This document shows positions 1-14,198 of a stretch of DNA of 64,000 nucleotides, piece by piece; the stretch's first letter is position 1; each line of letters starts with the position of its first letter. This DNA is from Raillietiella orientalis (taxonomy: Eukaryota), in the NCBI GenBank assembly GCA_036172245.1, contig JAYWIR010000064.1, positions 1 through 64,000 of the forward strand. The letters are read 5' to 3'. The notes under the pieces are model-generated. The model was not told where the DNA came from. It saw only the letters and a program-made list of their open reading frames with translations, and did no database searches. Position numbers and translations under genes: made by a program.

Positions 1-840
1 AAACCAACCAAGATGAACATCAAAATTACAAACTTGGAGATGTTTGAGATATGGTCAACATATCAGAGTAAAAGCTTCAGATTACCAGAATGAAGGGGGT
101 GGGAAGAAAAACTAATAAAACCACTTTGCAGCACGCATTAAAAAAAATAAATACAGGTGAGAGCAAGCACCTGGTGAAGTGTGAAAACCTCAAAAGTATT
201 CTCACACCTATCACATAAGCAAAGCTGTTTTTGAGATGAGTATAAGGGAACCGTCGGAAAAAATTCGGATCAGAGATCATACCGTTTCACTGATCACTGA
301 TCTCTTAGCACTCTCGTATAATCAAATGTACAGATAATCAACATGTGCATTCTTGGTAATGTACATTTAAATGCACGCAAACATACTTTTAACAATCCCT
401 TTTCTATCACAAAGTTGACGTTAAATCATCCTCCAATCACGAATGTGCATAGGAAAAAGTTTTGCGCTTAACTCGTGCACTTTTGCACGTGCATATTAAC
501 TTGAGCCAAACTTTTTTTTATTACAATGCATACCACTTTGGAAGGTTAACCTAAAACTGCGACATTTTACTAACATTCTGTACAAACAAAAAACAAACCG
601 TAAGGGCTGTCATATAGCTATACAACATATTAGCATATGAATTATGTAATGCTCAATAATGGAGTTATTTTCGATAGATGGCGTGTACTATAAATCATGA
701 AAGTTGGAAATTTTCATAGAAACTTCACAGGACCATCACTACATGGCGCAGTGTCATAAACACAGAAATTAACAAATGTTAAATGCAGCTGTTCTTAAAT
801 CACATAAATAAGTATTTCTTTATTTACACACTTTTTGCTA

Positions 841-2579
841 TCAATAGTTACCATAAGAACGTAATCGAACAAGATGGGCTATTCCTTTGTTATTGGCCAC
901 TGTTATATAGCCACTATTAGGGGAAAATCCCACAGACTGTGCTTTGTTAAACTGAAAACCAAATGCAGGGAAGTTTGAGAACACAGAAGAACTAGGCACA
1001 TGAATGATACGCAGAGCATTGTCTTTGATATTAGAGGCAGCTAAAAGGAGCTCAGAAGTTCCATTGAAAGAAAGAGAAGTAATACTGGTCACCAGATTCA
1101 TAAATGTTTTCCTAAGAATAGGATCTCCATTAACTAAATGATAAGTATTAATCACACCCATTGCTGATCCTGTTGCTAAATATTTCTGACAAGGAGATAA
1201 AGCTAAGCTAGTACACTTAAAGCAGCTTTCATCATGGAACTTTCTGCAACAAATGCGTTTCCGCATGTCCCAAACAAAAACTCCACCTTCTATACCAGAA
1301 CTATAAAGGTTCTGACCATCTGCACTAAAAGTCAAATCACTAATTTCACCACCAATCTGCAAAGAATCCAACAACTCATAGCTGTGTCCAGATAAGAGAT
1401 GAATATGACCAAATCTCCCCTGCACAGCAAGCATGTCACCAGCTGGAGAAAAGCAGAATTTCTGCAAAGATAAGTCTTATGCATTCTGTAAAGGCATCAC
1501 ACATACTTACTTTCATGTTAGTGAAATCAGGATCATGGCAACCACGGATTTGAATAGACTTGGAAGTTGGCAAATCAAAATAGTAAAAATGGCGTGTAAC
1601 ATTGGAACCCAACACAATACGAGAACCTTCAGGAGAGAAATGGGCACACCGAATAGGAAATTTGTCAAACATGACACTTTGCACTAGATTATTATGTTTC
1701 CCATCAACCTACATACAGTGATCAGTGAAATCAAGATCAACAAAAACTTTGAAAATCTGAAATATACCTGATATATTGACAACACTCCAGAGAGTCCTGC
1801 AACTAGAGCCACAGGGTTGTTGGCATGGAACTCAACTGCAGTGAGTTGCATACCTTCTTTTCGACTTTTTCCATTGATAGGATAGCAATTGTTAAACCGG
1901 AGAAGTCCATGACCTACTGCTTGAATTGGAGCAGCATTTGTTGTTGCAATCTAAATCACTCTTTGACTTTAAGGCTTTGCATATGTGGGCAATACTTTCA
2001 GAAGTTCATCCTCTGAATCGTCACTAGATGCTTCCTTGGGCATTGCCCATTTAGGAGTGCCATAAATGGACTCAAACTTTCTCCTCATGGTTTCAGGATG
2101 GTTTTCTACTTTGACTCCATGTTTTTGATCTCCGCATGGTCTGTAAAACAATTTCTGAGGAGAAAGACATTGTACAAATGGCCTACATGTTGCTCTCATC
2201 TTCATCTATCCAAGCTGGGCGCCTAACTTTCGTGGAACCTTTTTGCCCAGAGACAGATTCATCTCCCACAGCATCATAACTCTTTTTCTTGAGATTAGCT
2301 AGCACAAGTGTCTCTCTTCGAAAAATAAGTTTTTCGAGTTCCCTGAGAGTGAGAGAAAACATTAAACAAATGAAGCCGCAACAGATGCTGAAAATAAGCA
2401 CATTACAAAAGCAATAAATCAAATATGGATACATATAGTTCTGCCATTATTTTATCCAAACCTATACAGCACGATACTAACCTTTCTTCTTCATCCTTCT
2501 CGACCTCCTCCACACGTGCCTTTTTACGTTTTAATTTATTATTCTTTGACTTGATATGACAATCCTTCAAGTTAATCAT
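841..2579 (-). CDS. UTP18: U3 snoRNA-associated protein 18 homolog (WD40, SSU processome), 6 exons, ~466 aa
   Basis: Exons 2579-2482, 2342-2187, 2140-1996, 1950-1768, 1708-1511 and 1461-841 join in frame through GT-AG introns. Family motifs: EEERELEKLIF, PAWIDEDE, GTPKWA, YQVDGKHN, FPIRCAHF, WD40 repeats, and C-terminal LRIIHVPSSSVFSNFP...FSPNSGY...RLRSYGNY. AATAAA on the - strand at 819-824. Confidence 0.93.
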
Positions 2580-5500
2580 TTCGTTCCCTAAATGTTTCGT
2601 CAATGCAAAACAGATTGAGGATCAAAATAATCATATACTCGGAATCAGGTCTAATGAATACGATGTGCCGTATTGTTAAGATAATGCATTTTCTCGGGAA
2701 CCAAGAGTCTTGCTCATCAAAATCCCACTTGGGAAGTATCGACTTAACAATCTTTACAAAATTCTCAAATTTTTTTTCCGAATAAACTGCGCTCGCACTC
2801 CAAACGTGAGAAACATGGTTGCCATGCATCATGGTAAGTACAGACTTTTCCACTAGGGTTAGCGAGATTTTATAAGAACAGCTATGTACAAACTGAAAAT
2901 ATTCGTGAAAGACCATTTTTTTAATATATCGTTGATTGTATGGTATATTTATGACTTTTACCGAGTACGTACAATACATTAAATTTAAAAATCAACCTAT
3001 AAAAATGTCTTTGAAAACGTGGAAATTTTCATAAATACCTTTGGATTTCGGAAACACGATGAAACAAACGCTTTTTACTTGCTGAGAAGCAAAGTGTTGT
3101 TAAAGTAAAGTCAGCATTGATACAGAGAATCAGCGTGGAATAATTATCCTTTGGAACAAGGATTTCGAAATTTCACTAGTGCCATAGTTATAAAGTGAGA
3201 AGCATTAGGAAAAAGCAAAGATGGAAAGGAAGCTGTATTTTGCTGTTTTAACTCTAGTTCTGCTTAATTTTCAAAGAACGTTAAGAGTTCATTAGGGTGG
3301 TATTATAACTATGTTTCAATGAAAAAGCATAAGAATCGCTATTAATGACCAGATAGCACATGCAGTGTCACTATAAATTAGGTGAAGTACATAACCAGTG
3401 TTATAAATTTCCACTGTCATCTAACAATTCTCACTGCTTTCTTGATTTCGTGCCAATTGTCCATGTTTTCACATGATTGAAAATTCAATATCACTTACAA
3501 TACTCTGAGCTGTTTTATTTTGAAAATATTCCTTATTTTTTTCTTCCACAAAATATCTGTATGCCTTACATTTGTATCAGTATTAAAAAAATTGTCGGTT
3601 GAACAGTTTTGCTTTCCCAAAGAGCCGTACTGCACACAAAGAGAGTTGTCTTCTTTTAAGATTAAGGGCGCATTTTGCATCTTATCCAATTCTCTTTTTT
3701 CTAAGATTTTCATATTCGATCAGTCCCCGAACCGAAAATTTTCATTAACTCTAGCTATATTATTCGTGATATGGGTGGCTAAAATATCATTGAAATAAGC
3801 ATGTTGGAGAGTATCAGTATCTGATGGTTACTTCAACTTAATCTTTGATGGTCATTTTGGCTTCTACTCATAAAATAGTTGGAACCAGTTGAAGCAAAAA
3901 ATTTTCTTCATTGTTTTGTAAGCACGGGAATCGCGTCAGAAAAAAACCTGATCGATTCGCTTGATGTACGCTGCACATTCTCCTTGAATGAACTTCAACC
4001 ATTATCGTGATTATCTTTTCTTCCTCATCTCCCTCTTCCCTAGTATTATCATATGATTCTCTCCCACGTTGGTATACTTAGCTCTTCCATGCAGTGAAGG
4101 ATTTGAGTGGAAATGTATCGGAAAAAATACTCCAGATAAGCTATTTGGACAGAGGTACGTGCTCATAACAAACCCTCATTCATTTCTTAAAAAAGTTCAT
4201 TACTTAAAGTTGATTTCTTTAAAAAGTCTAAAACCCTTCACAGATTACTGGTTATTTTTTCTATGAGCAGCTATTTTCATTCATACTCTTTAGGACAGTA
4301 TACACTCATTCTTATTCGTTTCTACAGGAATTGCATTTAACTGCTTTCCTTCACTTTTCAAATATAAAGATAATTGTTTGATTTTTCTATGCAAATGGAG
4401 TGTTCGGGTCTACCACTGTTTGACTGTTTGGTCTGCTAGAGTTATCTAAACCTATCGTGTCAGGATTCAAACTTTATTCTGTAGATTCTTACGTACACAC
4501 TATAAAAGTTTCTTTTTTGTGTGTACTTAGTATGTATATAGTATGTATACTCTTGACTTTACGACAATTACATTTCTTTATCGCCGTCTGGTTGAGCAGC
4601 CATTTGTCGGCTCATTTACTCAATTACCGAATTGCGCGATTCGACTTCTCAGTATAACAGCATTTATAGCTCTAAAATGTCAAACCGAATTAATTAGCCT
4701 GGACATCTGGAAATTTTCTTTACGGTTTCCTTTTTCTAACAGCATCGTAATTCTTTTGTCTACAATAAAGAATTCTTGTTTTACTATTTTCTTTTTAACA
4801 ATCTAGAAGGGAGTGAATCAAAATCAGTCTTGAGACACGGAAATTTCGTGTCAATATACTTGGATAGCATATCATAAATTTTTTTAGACATGTTTGGGAA
4901 AATTATCGTTCATTAACACATAGCTCCCCCATAATTTTGATTGCACGACGTCGACCACGAAGATTTGAGAATTAGCTGCAGCTGTTTTGTTCACCATCGC
5001 TAAGACGCAAACGAGTAGCGAAGCTTTTCAAGATGATCAAAGTGTCACTGTTGAAGAAACACTATTCATAACCTCTCTGATCAGAGTCCATCCTCTCGAA
5101 AGAATGTTGTCGATCTGGATTCAGTGTGTTACTCTCTTCTCCACTGGAGACTGGTTCAGGCTAACAAAAGGTGTCGGTTAAAAGAGGGAAAAATTTTGAA
5201 ATCGTTAAAAGAAATCCACTCTGAAATTTGCTTCACTATTTTTATATCGACAAAATATACGGAAGTCATAAATATCATGGAATTCAGTGCATTTGCAGTT
5301 TGCCGCAGACTAAGGGACTCATCATTCTTCCATTTTTATAGTGATGGAATATTCTCAATATCTAAATATTTTTCATCAAACTCCGGATGATGGAACCCGA
5401 AGACGTAAAACTAACAAGATGAAAAGTTTGAACAATGCTTTTTACTTTTAGTAAATATTTACCTTTCCACTCCGGCTACTTGCATTAAAATATTGATAAG

Positions 5501-8500
5501 CATTAAGTAAGTCAACATTCCTATCTATGAAATTAAGCCGTGTCATGTATCTTTGTTAGATGAAACTGCGGTTTAATGCCGGTGTGCTGTCTTTGTTTCA
5601 AAGAAACCATATGCGTGTCTTGTCAGTTACATCAGAAATATGGTTTCAGATGGCAATACGTATTGAGTTGTGCAAGATGCACGATGCTTTAAATTGCAGA
5701 TCAAAAATTTAAGTAATATATGTCATAAAAGCAGAAGGTTTTTCGAATGGAGATTGAATAAGTTATTCATAGTTGATTATAGGATTGAAGATGAACTTTT
5801 AAAAATTCAAGGAACTGATCCACTATATTATTTCCATGAATCTAAATATATCGCCTGCATTCCTGTGCTGAATCTAGAAAAGAAGCGCCAAAACCAAAGT
5901 TCCTTGCCCCCACCCTTTCTTTTCGTTTTGTTTATTAATCGTCCCTTCACTTCAGCTCCTGATTTCTCATGAAACCAGCCTGGGTGATTCCTTTCCACGA
6001 ACTTGCTTGCCCTGGGAATGCGTTTCCCGAATTCTTTGTGTGTTTATTTTCATTAAATTGACTATTCGAAAGCATGATCAGTGGTCAAGGGTTAAAAGGT
6101 AATAAGGCAGTTTTAAATTGGGTATTTTATATAACATGAACTGAACCACTGACACACTGAATGGTCTTGAAGAACCTTGCGAACTATTTGAAAGCAACAC
6201 AAGGTTTTCAATTGTGGAAAGAAAAATTTTAGGGGTTTAAAGAATGACCCGAAAATTCCCGGAAACAAAGATTTAAAGATGAATGCAAATGCATTAGGAA
6301 GTTTATCCTAGGATCTCAAGCAACAAATCGGTATCATAGATAAATAATGGCGATACAATATTCAGTAATTGAACTCTTAAGATTCGCATGAATGCAGAAG
6401 GATGATAAAGTTTAAGGGGAAACGGAAAAGCATTTTTTTGTTCTTATAATGTAGAGTGTGGCACAGTTTGTAATTCAAGCGGTAAATTAATTTTCGAAGA
6501 CTTTGAAATCCATTTTGATGAAGATTTCGTATAAGTAAGCTTTCGTAAGAATAAGATGCTCTTCAGACCAAAAATTGTTTCAAAGATTACTTTTTACACT
6601 TTTCTGTAGTCAGATGTATACTAACTTAGTGTTCGTAGGATTCTTCACGCATTACTTTTAAAACGTCTCGAAAATCTTAAAATCAGTATTGTAAATTCAC
6701 ATTAAGCGGGGAATAGAATTTTTCTTTATATGTTAATATTTTCTTGATGATTTCATTCCGAATCACTCTGTGATCAGTTTAATCAATGCGATACTTTAAA
6801 ACAATCTTTGTAGAATGGTGCAGTTTATAAGAAAAACGAGTAGTTAATGTGAAAAACACGCAATTTGCAGTTTAAGTGGAAATCATGGATGGGAAATCGG
6901 AAAACTTCGTACAAAGAATAAAAACAAAGAAGGAATAAAAAAAAAAAAAAGAAAGCTGTTTCCAAAAGCATGCATCCATTTTGCGTACACTAAGTAGCTT
7001 CAAGCATGAACATGTTCATTCATTAACTAAATTTTCAAAAGTATTCGTGAATCCCCTCAGCTTGTGCGGGACTGAAATTCGTAACCATTTATTTTATTAT
7101 TGTAAACTTATTATCACGTGATGATGTTCTTGGATTTTGATTTAAATTTATTCCTACCTTGACACCAATATTAATAATGTGGTAGTAATTTTTATAACAT
7201 AATGCATACATATATATAATCATTATTTCGCACAAGGATGATGACAAAGCGGGCAATAATTTATCCCCAGTTGAAATTCTCACATTAAATCTTCCCTTTC
7301 AATCAGCCCATTTTCTGCAAGCACCCTCTCAGTGCTATACACACACACACACACAGGACAAAAAGTGCATGAATAGTGTTTTTCTTTTTCATTTCCGTAC
7401 GGGGGCTTTCAAGTGTTTAATAATGAATGGATTTTTTCAACCTAGAGTGCCCCTTCAGATTGAAAGAAAATTCATTCCAAAATTTATTGTTAAAAAATTT
7501 TTTTTCCGTCGGATGCGGATTATACCATAATGCAAAAAGGTTTCCTTTCTCTTTATCCAAACAGCTGACATCGAAAGAGGGATGTGTTTCCGTTGAATGA
7601 AAATTCATTATATGTAATGTAAATATATGTGTGTGTTCTAGCTTCCCTAACGTGCTCATGTGTGTTGCTTATAAAACAACAGCAGTCATTGTTTCTTGTA
7701 ATTGCTTGCGGTTTTCGGAGGTTAAGGATTTGTAAAATTTGAATAATCAGTGATGGCCTATGTGATTAGATAAATCTGAGGATTCCTTGGGAAAGAAATG
7801 TATTCTCTTTATGTATGGAACAATGATTTCCTGCACTATATGTCTAGGAATTTTGCTTAGGATTTATTCGACCTTCGTTTATAACGTACAATTTGCATTT
7901 TTATTGAAGTAAAATTGTTGCCAGTTTTTTTCCAAAAAGCAAGAAGAAGAAAAGGTTAGTAAATGAAATTCTCATTCCTTTTTTTTTTCTTTCTTTCTTT
8001 CCGATGAGGCCAGAGACTATAGCTGTTGTGCTAATTTCTACTTCATTCATTGTTAATTTTAATCTTAAAAAGGTAATCAGAATGCTCAGTGAGTGTATGC
8101 CTTTGTATCATGTTAAAGTGCATTTTTTTCTCTCGCTCTCTCTCTTTACGTTTGATAGAGACCATCGTGATGAGTTCAAAATAATTTACCCCCTAGTTGG
8201 GATAATTTTCAATCAAAAGTCGTGCAAAAAACTGGTTTCCTTATTAGAGGTTAAACGTATTTCGTATTTATAGCGAAAGTTGTGTAGGTAAAATTGAGCA
8301 GAGCTATAATGCTGAAAGGCTTTGAAATGTGTCTGACAGTCGATCTGAACAAGTAAAATAACTTTACGTGCAATGTGTATCACAAATTAGCATTCTTTTA
8401 TAAGTATACGCAAGCATCTTTCTTCCTGTGATCAGTTTGATCTTTTTCAGTATTGCAGAAAGTGATGCACGTGTTCGGAGAAAAATATAATCAACTTCGG

Positions 8501-8862
8501 TGTATGTTTTCATAATTCAAACAAAATCAGCAGTTTAGCTGCTAATTTTTAGCTTAAATGATTGTAAACAATTGCGTGCATGACTGCCCCCTTCAGCAAT
8601 CTGAGAAACACCATGAATGTGGATATCAGGCCTACATCACTGTTTTTGAAGGAATAATACAATGAATAAGAAATATTGAATTTTGCTGTAAATTTTTTTT
8701 TTAATTCTCGAAGTAAATAATCTCTATAATGCTCTTGTAAAGAATGTATTATGTATCATTTTGTATTTTGATGATTGTTTTGAACATTGAAGATGTGCAA
8801 ATGTACGTTATTGTTTTGTACAAAATTTGTGTTACAGTTCCGTTGATTTCCTTCTTTCTAGT

Positions 8863-9777
8863 ATGATACGCTTGTTTTCTTTAAAGCAACAAAAAAAAGA
8901 TGGTGAGGCACTTCAGAAAGTTGGAAATCACAAGAAAGCATCAGCTGCTCAATTAAGAATCACCAAAGGTAAAAAATATATATTTATGGGAGCATTAAAT
9001 AGTAGTAGTATTTAACCAAGGTAGCCACTTTGCTTCAAAATACTTTTGTGCATGATCTGTCATGTTTGCCTGCAGTATGCATTTTATACAGAGTCCATTT
9101 ACTGCATTTAATTTGAAAAAGCAATTGTCCCATTCCAGGGAATCATAGCATAGTAATTGTAAACATTATTTTCAATGACATTAATTTTTCCAGTTTTTTG
9201 ATTTCATTTTTAATGTGATTTTGTGTAAAAAAAAAAATAAGATTGAGAATTAAAAAACTGATACTGATAACCTTTTGTGTCCTCATAGATATAAGTGAGC
9301 TTAATCTCCCCCGTACATGTTCAACTGAATTTCCAGATCCTGATGATCTCCTAAATTTCAAATTGGTCATTTGCCCAGATGAGGTTTGTTATATTTGAAT
9401 TTTTGTTCCTTCAAATACGTGTTTTGTAGGGATTTTATAAAGGTGGCAAATTTACATTCAGCTTCAAAGTTGGACCTAGTTATCCACATGAACCCCCTAA
9501 AGTCAAGTGTGAAACACGTGTTTATCATCCCAATATTGATCTTCAAGGAAATGTGTGCTTAAATATTTTAAGGGAAGACTGGAAACCGGTGCTTACAATC
9601 AATTCCATAGTCTATGGATTGCAGTATCTTTTTTTGGAACCTAATCCAGATGATCCACTGAACAAAGAAGCTGCAGAATTGTTGCAGAACAACAAGCGGT
9701 TATTTGACCAAAATGTGCAAAAGTCACTTCGTGGGGGTTGCTTGGGTTCTGTGTATTTTGAGCGTGCACTTAAATGA
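8863..9777 (+). CDS. UBE2M: NEDD8-conjugating enzyme Ubc12, 3 exons, 182 aa
   Basis: Exons 8863-8968, 9289-9383 and 9430-9777. N-terminus [12 protein letters not shown]...[13 protein letters not shown], catalytic region [23 protein letters not shown]-terminus YFERALK. AATAAA at 10124-10129. Confidence 0.97.
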
Positions 9778-12700
9778 AATATGGGTCAACTCATGTTCTG
9801 GGATATAGGAATTCAACAGGTTTTCCCAGAGCTCATTAAGAAATAGATGTTGCTTCTTATTCCACATGATGGCCACATCTTCATAACAATGCACATCCTG
9901 AAGAAAGTTCATACAATATCCATGTGTCAAATTGCAAATCTGGTATCTCCTTTGTTCCAGTTAATTAGAACTTTCCTTATGGATGTGTTGTTCCTTTATC
10001 TTTTTCTTCCTAGGTTCATTTCTTCATCATAATTTACCAGATTACGATTGTATTAAATGTAAAACAAAGCGTATGAGAATTGATATGTTGATAGATGGTT
10101 GATCACAGAAAAACACAGATGGAAATAAAGAAGCAGATCCTTAGTAAATCATGCATTTGTGTGTACAACTTTTAATGCGTTGTTTTCTTTTACTGTATTT
10201 TCTGAATGGTTCAAAATGAGATAACTTTGAGTATTTCTTTATTAACGCATTGGAGTAACATGTAGTACTTTTTATGGCGCCTGTAAATTACCTGCACTTT
10301 TCTTAAAACGTATCAAGGGGGCTGTCAGCCCGCTGATTATTTTTCCAGCCATTTGCAAGAGCAATGGATCCACGGTATTCATTAAAAACACTAAAATCGT
10401 GCGTGCATTCTTCCCCAAACACGGAAAACAAGCATCGAAATTCAACAATCCGTTTTCTTACACATGCTCCATGCTGCTGATGGAAAATGAGATTGAAGCA
10501 GGAACATATATCAAAATGCTGCTATGCATCGTGTGTTTATTTCGCATCAGCTAAACGTGGCAGGTCCCTCAGGAACACCATGACCACCAGGATTGCCTCG
10601 CGCTGTCGTATCGCACCACATGCAAGCTTGTGTGTATGTGCCGTAAAATTTTCCAGTGAATCCGTGTGAAGCGATTGCAGCTCCAGGCAGTTGCCAAAAA
10701 GAAAAAAAAAACTGAGAAACCGGGAACTCCCTGAAACTCTAAGATGCGTATTTTGATGTGTACCAAGTGGGTCCTGACTTGAGACAGTAGTTACCTTTAA
10801 ACGAACTACTAGCAGGAAGCGACGGCGAGTAGTAGTGAACCATAAAGGCTTTTTTACTTAAGACTTCCAAATGCCAAATAGAGCACAACCTGTAAGGAAA
10901 GTCGATATCTGTGGATGGAGTCTCCTGAAGTCACATTAAGTCGTTATAAGATCTGAAGGATGTTTGAAGACAAAGACGGCAGTGTGCGTTCCTGCCCTTT
11001 GCTGTTCACTAAACTTTGTAACGGCTTAATTACATATCAAAACAAAAGGATTCACCTTGATTTTACAGTGGTGGATCCTTCCTGATTCTTTCTGCAGGAT
11101 GTTGTATTTGATTTTATTTTCCCGATTCTTTCTTCTCGGCTCAATCATCTAGATCCTCTCAAAATACGATTTCAAGCTTAAAGAGTATTTCATTAATTTC
11201 TTTGTCATGAAGAACTGTCCATGTTATATCCTTTACGTCATATTTTTATTTTGTGTTGGCAATTATCTTTACAAGATCATATTTTTATCATTCTGAAACT
11301 TTCCATGTCATTAGCCTTCTGATATTTGTGCGTATAAAAGATGAGTGCACATAAAATCTCAACACTCCTGAAATTGTAATCATGATAAACATGAGATAGA
11401 GGCACAGTCCATCTAATTTAATACAATTTCCTCTGAATAACAACATGAAGTCCTGAGAAACTTAGTGCACTGTCATACGAAGTAGATAAGTATAAGCAGG
11501 AGTTTTGGGGAAGATAATTAGGAGTCGTGGTGTAGGTAATTCTCACTAAGAAGCTCGCTATCTCAGATAGTTGCTATTTCACCCATAACTCAGAATGGAA
11601 GATCTGCATGTACTCGTTCTTTATTGGAACTCTTAACTATTCTTGGTCTACGGAGTCACTGTATAATTAGCATTCCGAGTTATCAAGTAAAAACTATAAT
11701 ATGTTACCATTATCATATATGAATACTTTGTCAGCAATCACATCAGTACCACTGTCATTCAGCAATGATAAAAAGACAAAGATGTATTGAACTGAAAATC
11801 CATCTTCATTAGTGAAGTAAAGAAGTGTTTCTGACCCAAAGAAAGAGATACATTCTTCGTGTCACAATTTTATACAGAGACGGTCGTTGCCTCATCAGAG
11901 TTTACTAATAATATTTGATTCAGAAGAATGATCATTTCATAATACAGAAACGGATTACCTACATGAAGCCACTCCAGCATATCCTTATTACCAAGAAGTA
12001 TACCTCATCTTTCAGTTAATTACTTTGAATGCGCAGGATAGTTCGAGGTAAAGAACCTTGCATTTATTTGGGACACAACTTGAACATTCACTTTGCAGAA
12101 CTGTCAGATCTCTTGTCAGATGTTATTTCATTTATGAGAACATATATTCTCGAGTCTCGCACCGATGATCATGAACTTTTAGAAACATGATACAAATTGA
12201 GCATGAATTTGTTTCGAAATCTTCTAACACGTGTTGAAACTACCGGCACATTCAAAATAAAAAATTAGTTTCAGTATGCATTTTTTTTTTTTTAATATAT
12301 ATGGCTGGTGCTTCGTTAAGTAGTTTTTAACTGAATGGCTGTGTAAAGAAGAAATAGGATTTGTTATTGGAAAAGTTGCAGGGAGAATGGATTACACATC
12401 AGAACTTTTGGTTGGGAACGATTTGCAAGCAACTGGAAAAATATGCAAAGATTCAGAAGAAAACATTCTTTTCTAAGAGGGATTTGAATCTGCACTAACA
12501 AAACAAAATGAACGGCAAGACTTGTGGTATGGAAGTTCATTAGCAATCTTCAGTGAACAGATGATAAGCCCCTCTAAGATGTGCACTTGTGCTTTTGTTT
12601 AAAAGAAACACTTCAGCAATCTATCTCTTACAGTAAAGCTAATAAGCATCTGTAGGCGTAATACACAGCTTTCAATGATTCGAAATGCATCAATCCAAAA

Positions 12701-14198
12701 GTTCATTTAGAAGTGAAGTCTGCTTTTTGCTGATAAGGACTCGTAATAACTTTTCACCCTAATTGGCTTCAAATCAAATGATGGAGACAATTTCAACAAT
12801 AAGCCAACAACTCTCGATTAGTGAATCTAAAAAGCAGTGATCGTTTTTCTTCTTTCCGAAATGCTGCAGAACATCATCTGTCAAAATAGCCAGCACAGCC
12901 ACAGAAGAAAAAGCTCTGAAAAGCTGGGTGAATGCATCAGCGTGAAATACAAAGCGCTGCTTCTTGCCGCTTTCATTTGCTTGAGTTGAGTGAAACTTCC
13001 AGTGAAACTCGCAATATGATGACCTGTTTCCATAATGCGATCATCTCTTGTATTGCTGGCGTACACTTACTCTGCTGCATACTTAGCATTTGAGAGCGAA
13101 TCTGTCACAGAACACTTTAAGCAGCCTATTCAACGAACTTTTTTTGTTCACTGGTGCTGTTTCCTTCACCGGGTAATCTGATAATGAGTCGGTTAAAGTT
13201 TTCGTTGCTACCTTAGTAGATGTGGACTTTTGATTGTGATTGTGTTGTGAAAGTGATCCTATGAGGTAATTGACAAGCAACTGCGTCAAAGACGACTCAT
13301 CCGGACAAAGCAAGGCATCCAAAGCCACTGTCATGCGAGGGTACAGCATTCGGAATATTTTCAGTCCACGGGGTTCGTTCCCTTTACCCCTCAAATCCTA
13401 GCCGTTCGTAGGATAAGTGAAATTGTTAAAGTGGTCACTGAGGCATCAAGCAAACATGCTTATTATTGCACGCTGGCTTGTATATCGCAAAAGCCAAATA
13501 CAATTGAATTTTTCAAAATACGGCAATGTAGAAGCGGAACGGCTCCTGCAGAACGATAGCAGCGCCACATCCGCTGCAGGCGGAGGTAACGATCATCGTG
13601 AGGGACAGTCCGGTTCAGATTCGACGACTTCATCGCGATAAAGACATGCACTACTAAACAGATTAATTACTCGTACTTGGTTATTTGCATCGGTGAAGAG
13701 CATTGCCTTGCGTGCCACTTTCAAATTACGTACACTGTAATTACGTTGTTAATGTAATCACGTGGATACAGTGAAAATACTTTGGGGACAGGTGGTTTGT
13801 GAATTTGCGGATTCAGAGTGGCAATCCGAGTACTACTTTCCCTTACACAAATCTAGTATAGCAAGTGAAACTCAAAAGTGTCGATATTTTTACACTTTTT
13901 ATGACAAGATATGAAATCGAAAGGTTAATCACGCCAGCATTGCGAATAAAAGGTGAAAAGAATTTTTATCGTAGAATCACTACGGAACGATTAATATTCG
14001 AAACATAGTTATATTATAACTAGTAAATTTTTTTTTATGCAATTTACTTATGCCACTCGGCTATTTCCTATTCTTAATGTTATTTTTGAGTGCACCTTAA
14101 TAACTTCGAATAATCTGAATCTACATAGACATAATCTACAAAACATTTGTTCTCTTTCTGTTGTGTTTGTAGCTAGTAAAATTGAAAGGAAACACCAA

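Noticed and set aside
8969..9288. Long (320 nt) first intron of Ubc12 with hairpins and a terminal ACA, as a possible H/ACA snoRNA
   Set aside because: No ANANNA H box between the putative hairpins, weak second stem, and no rRNA complementarity recognised.
10300..13700. Several 60-100 aa ORFs, possible continuation of nischarin or a decayed LTR element (DSGTDV resembling a protease motif)
   Set aside because: No phase-consistent exon chain, frequent stops, and only a 4-6 residue motif resemblance.
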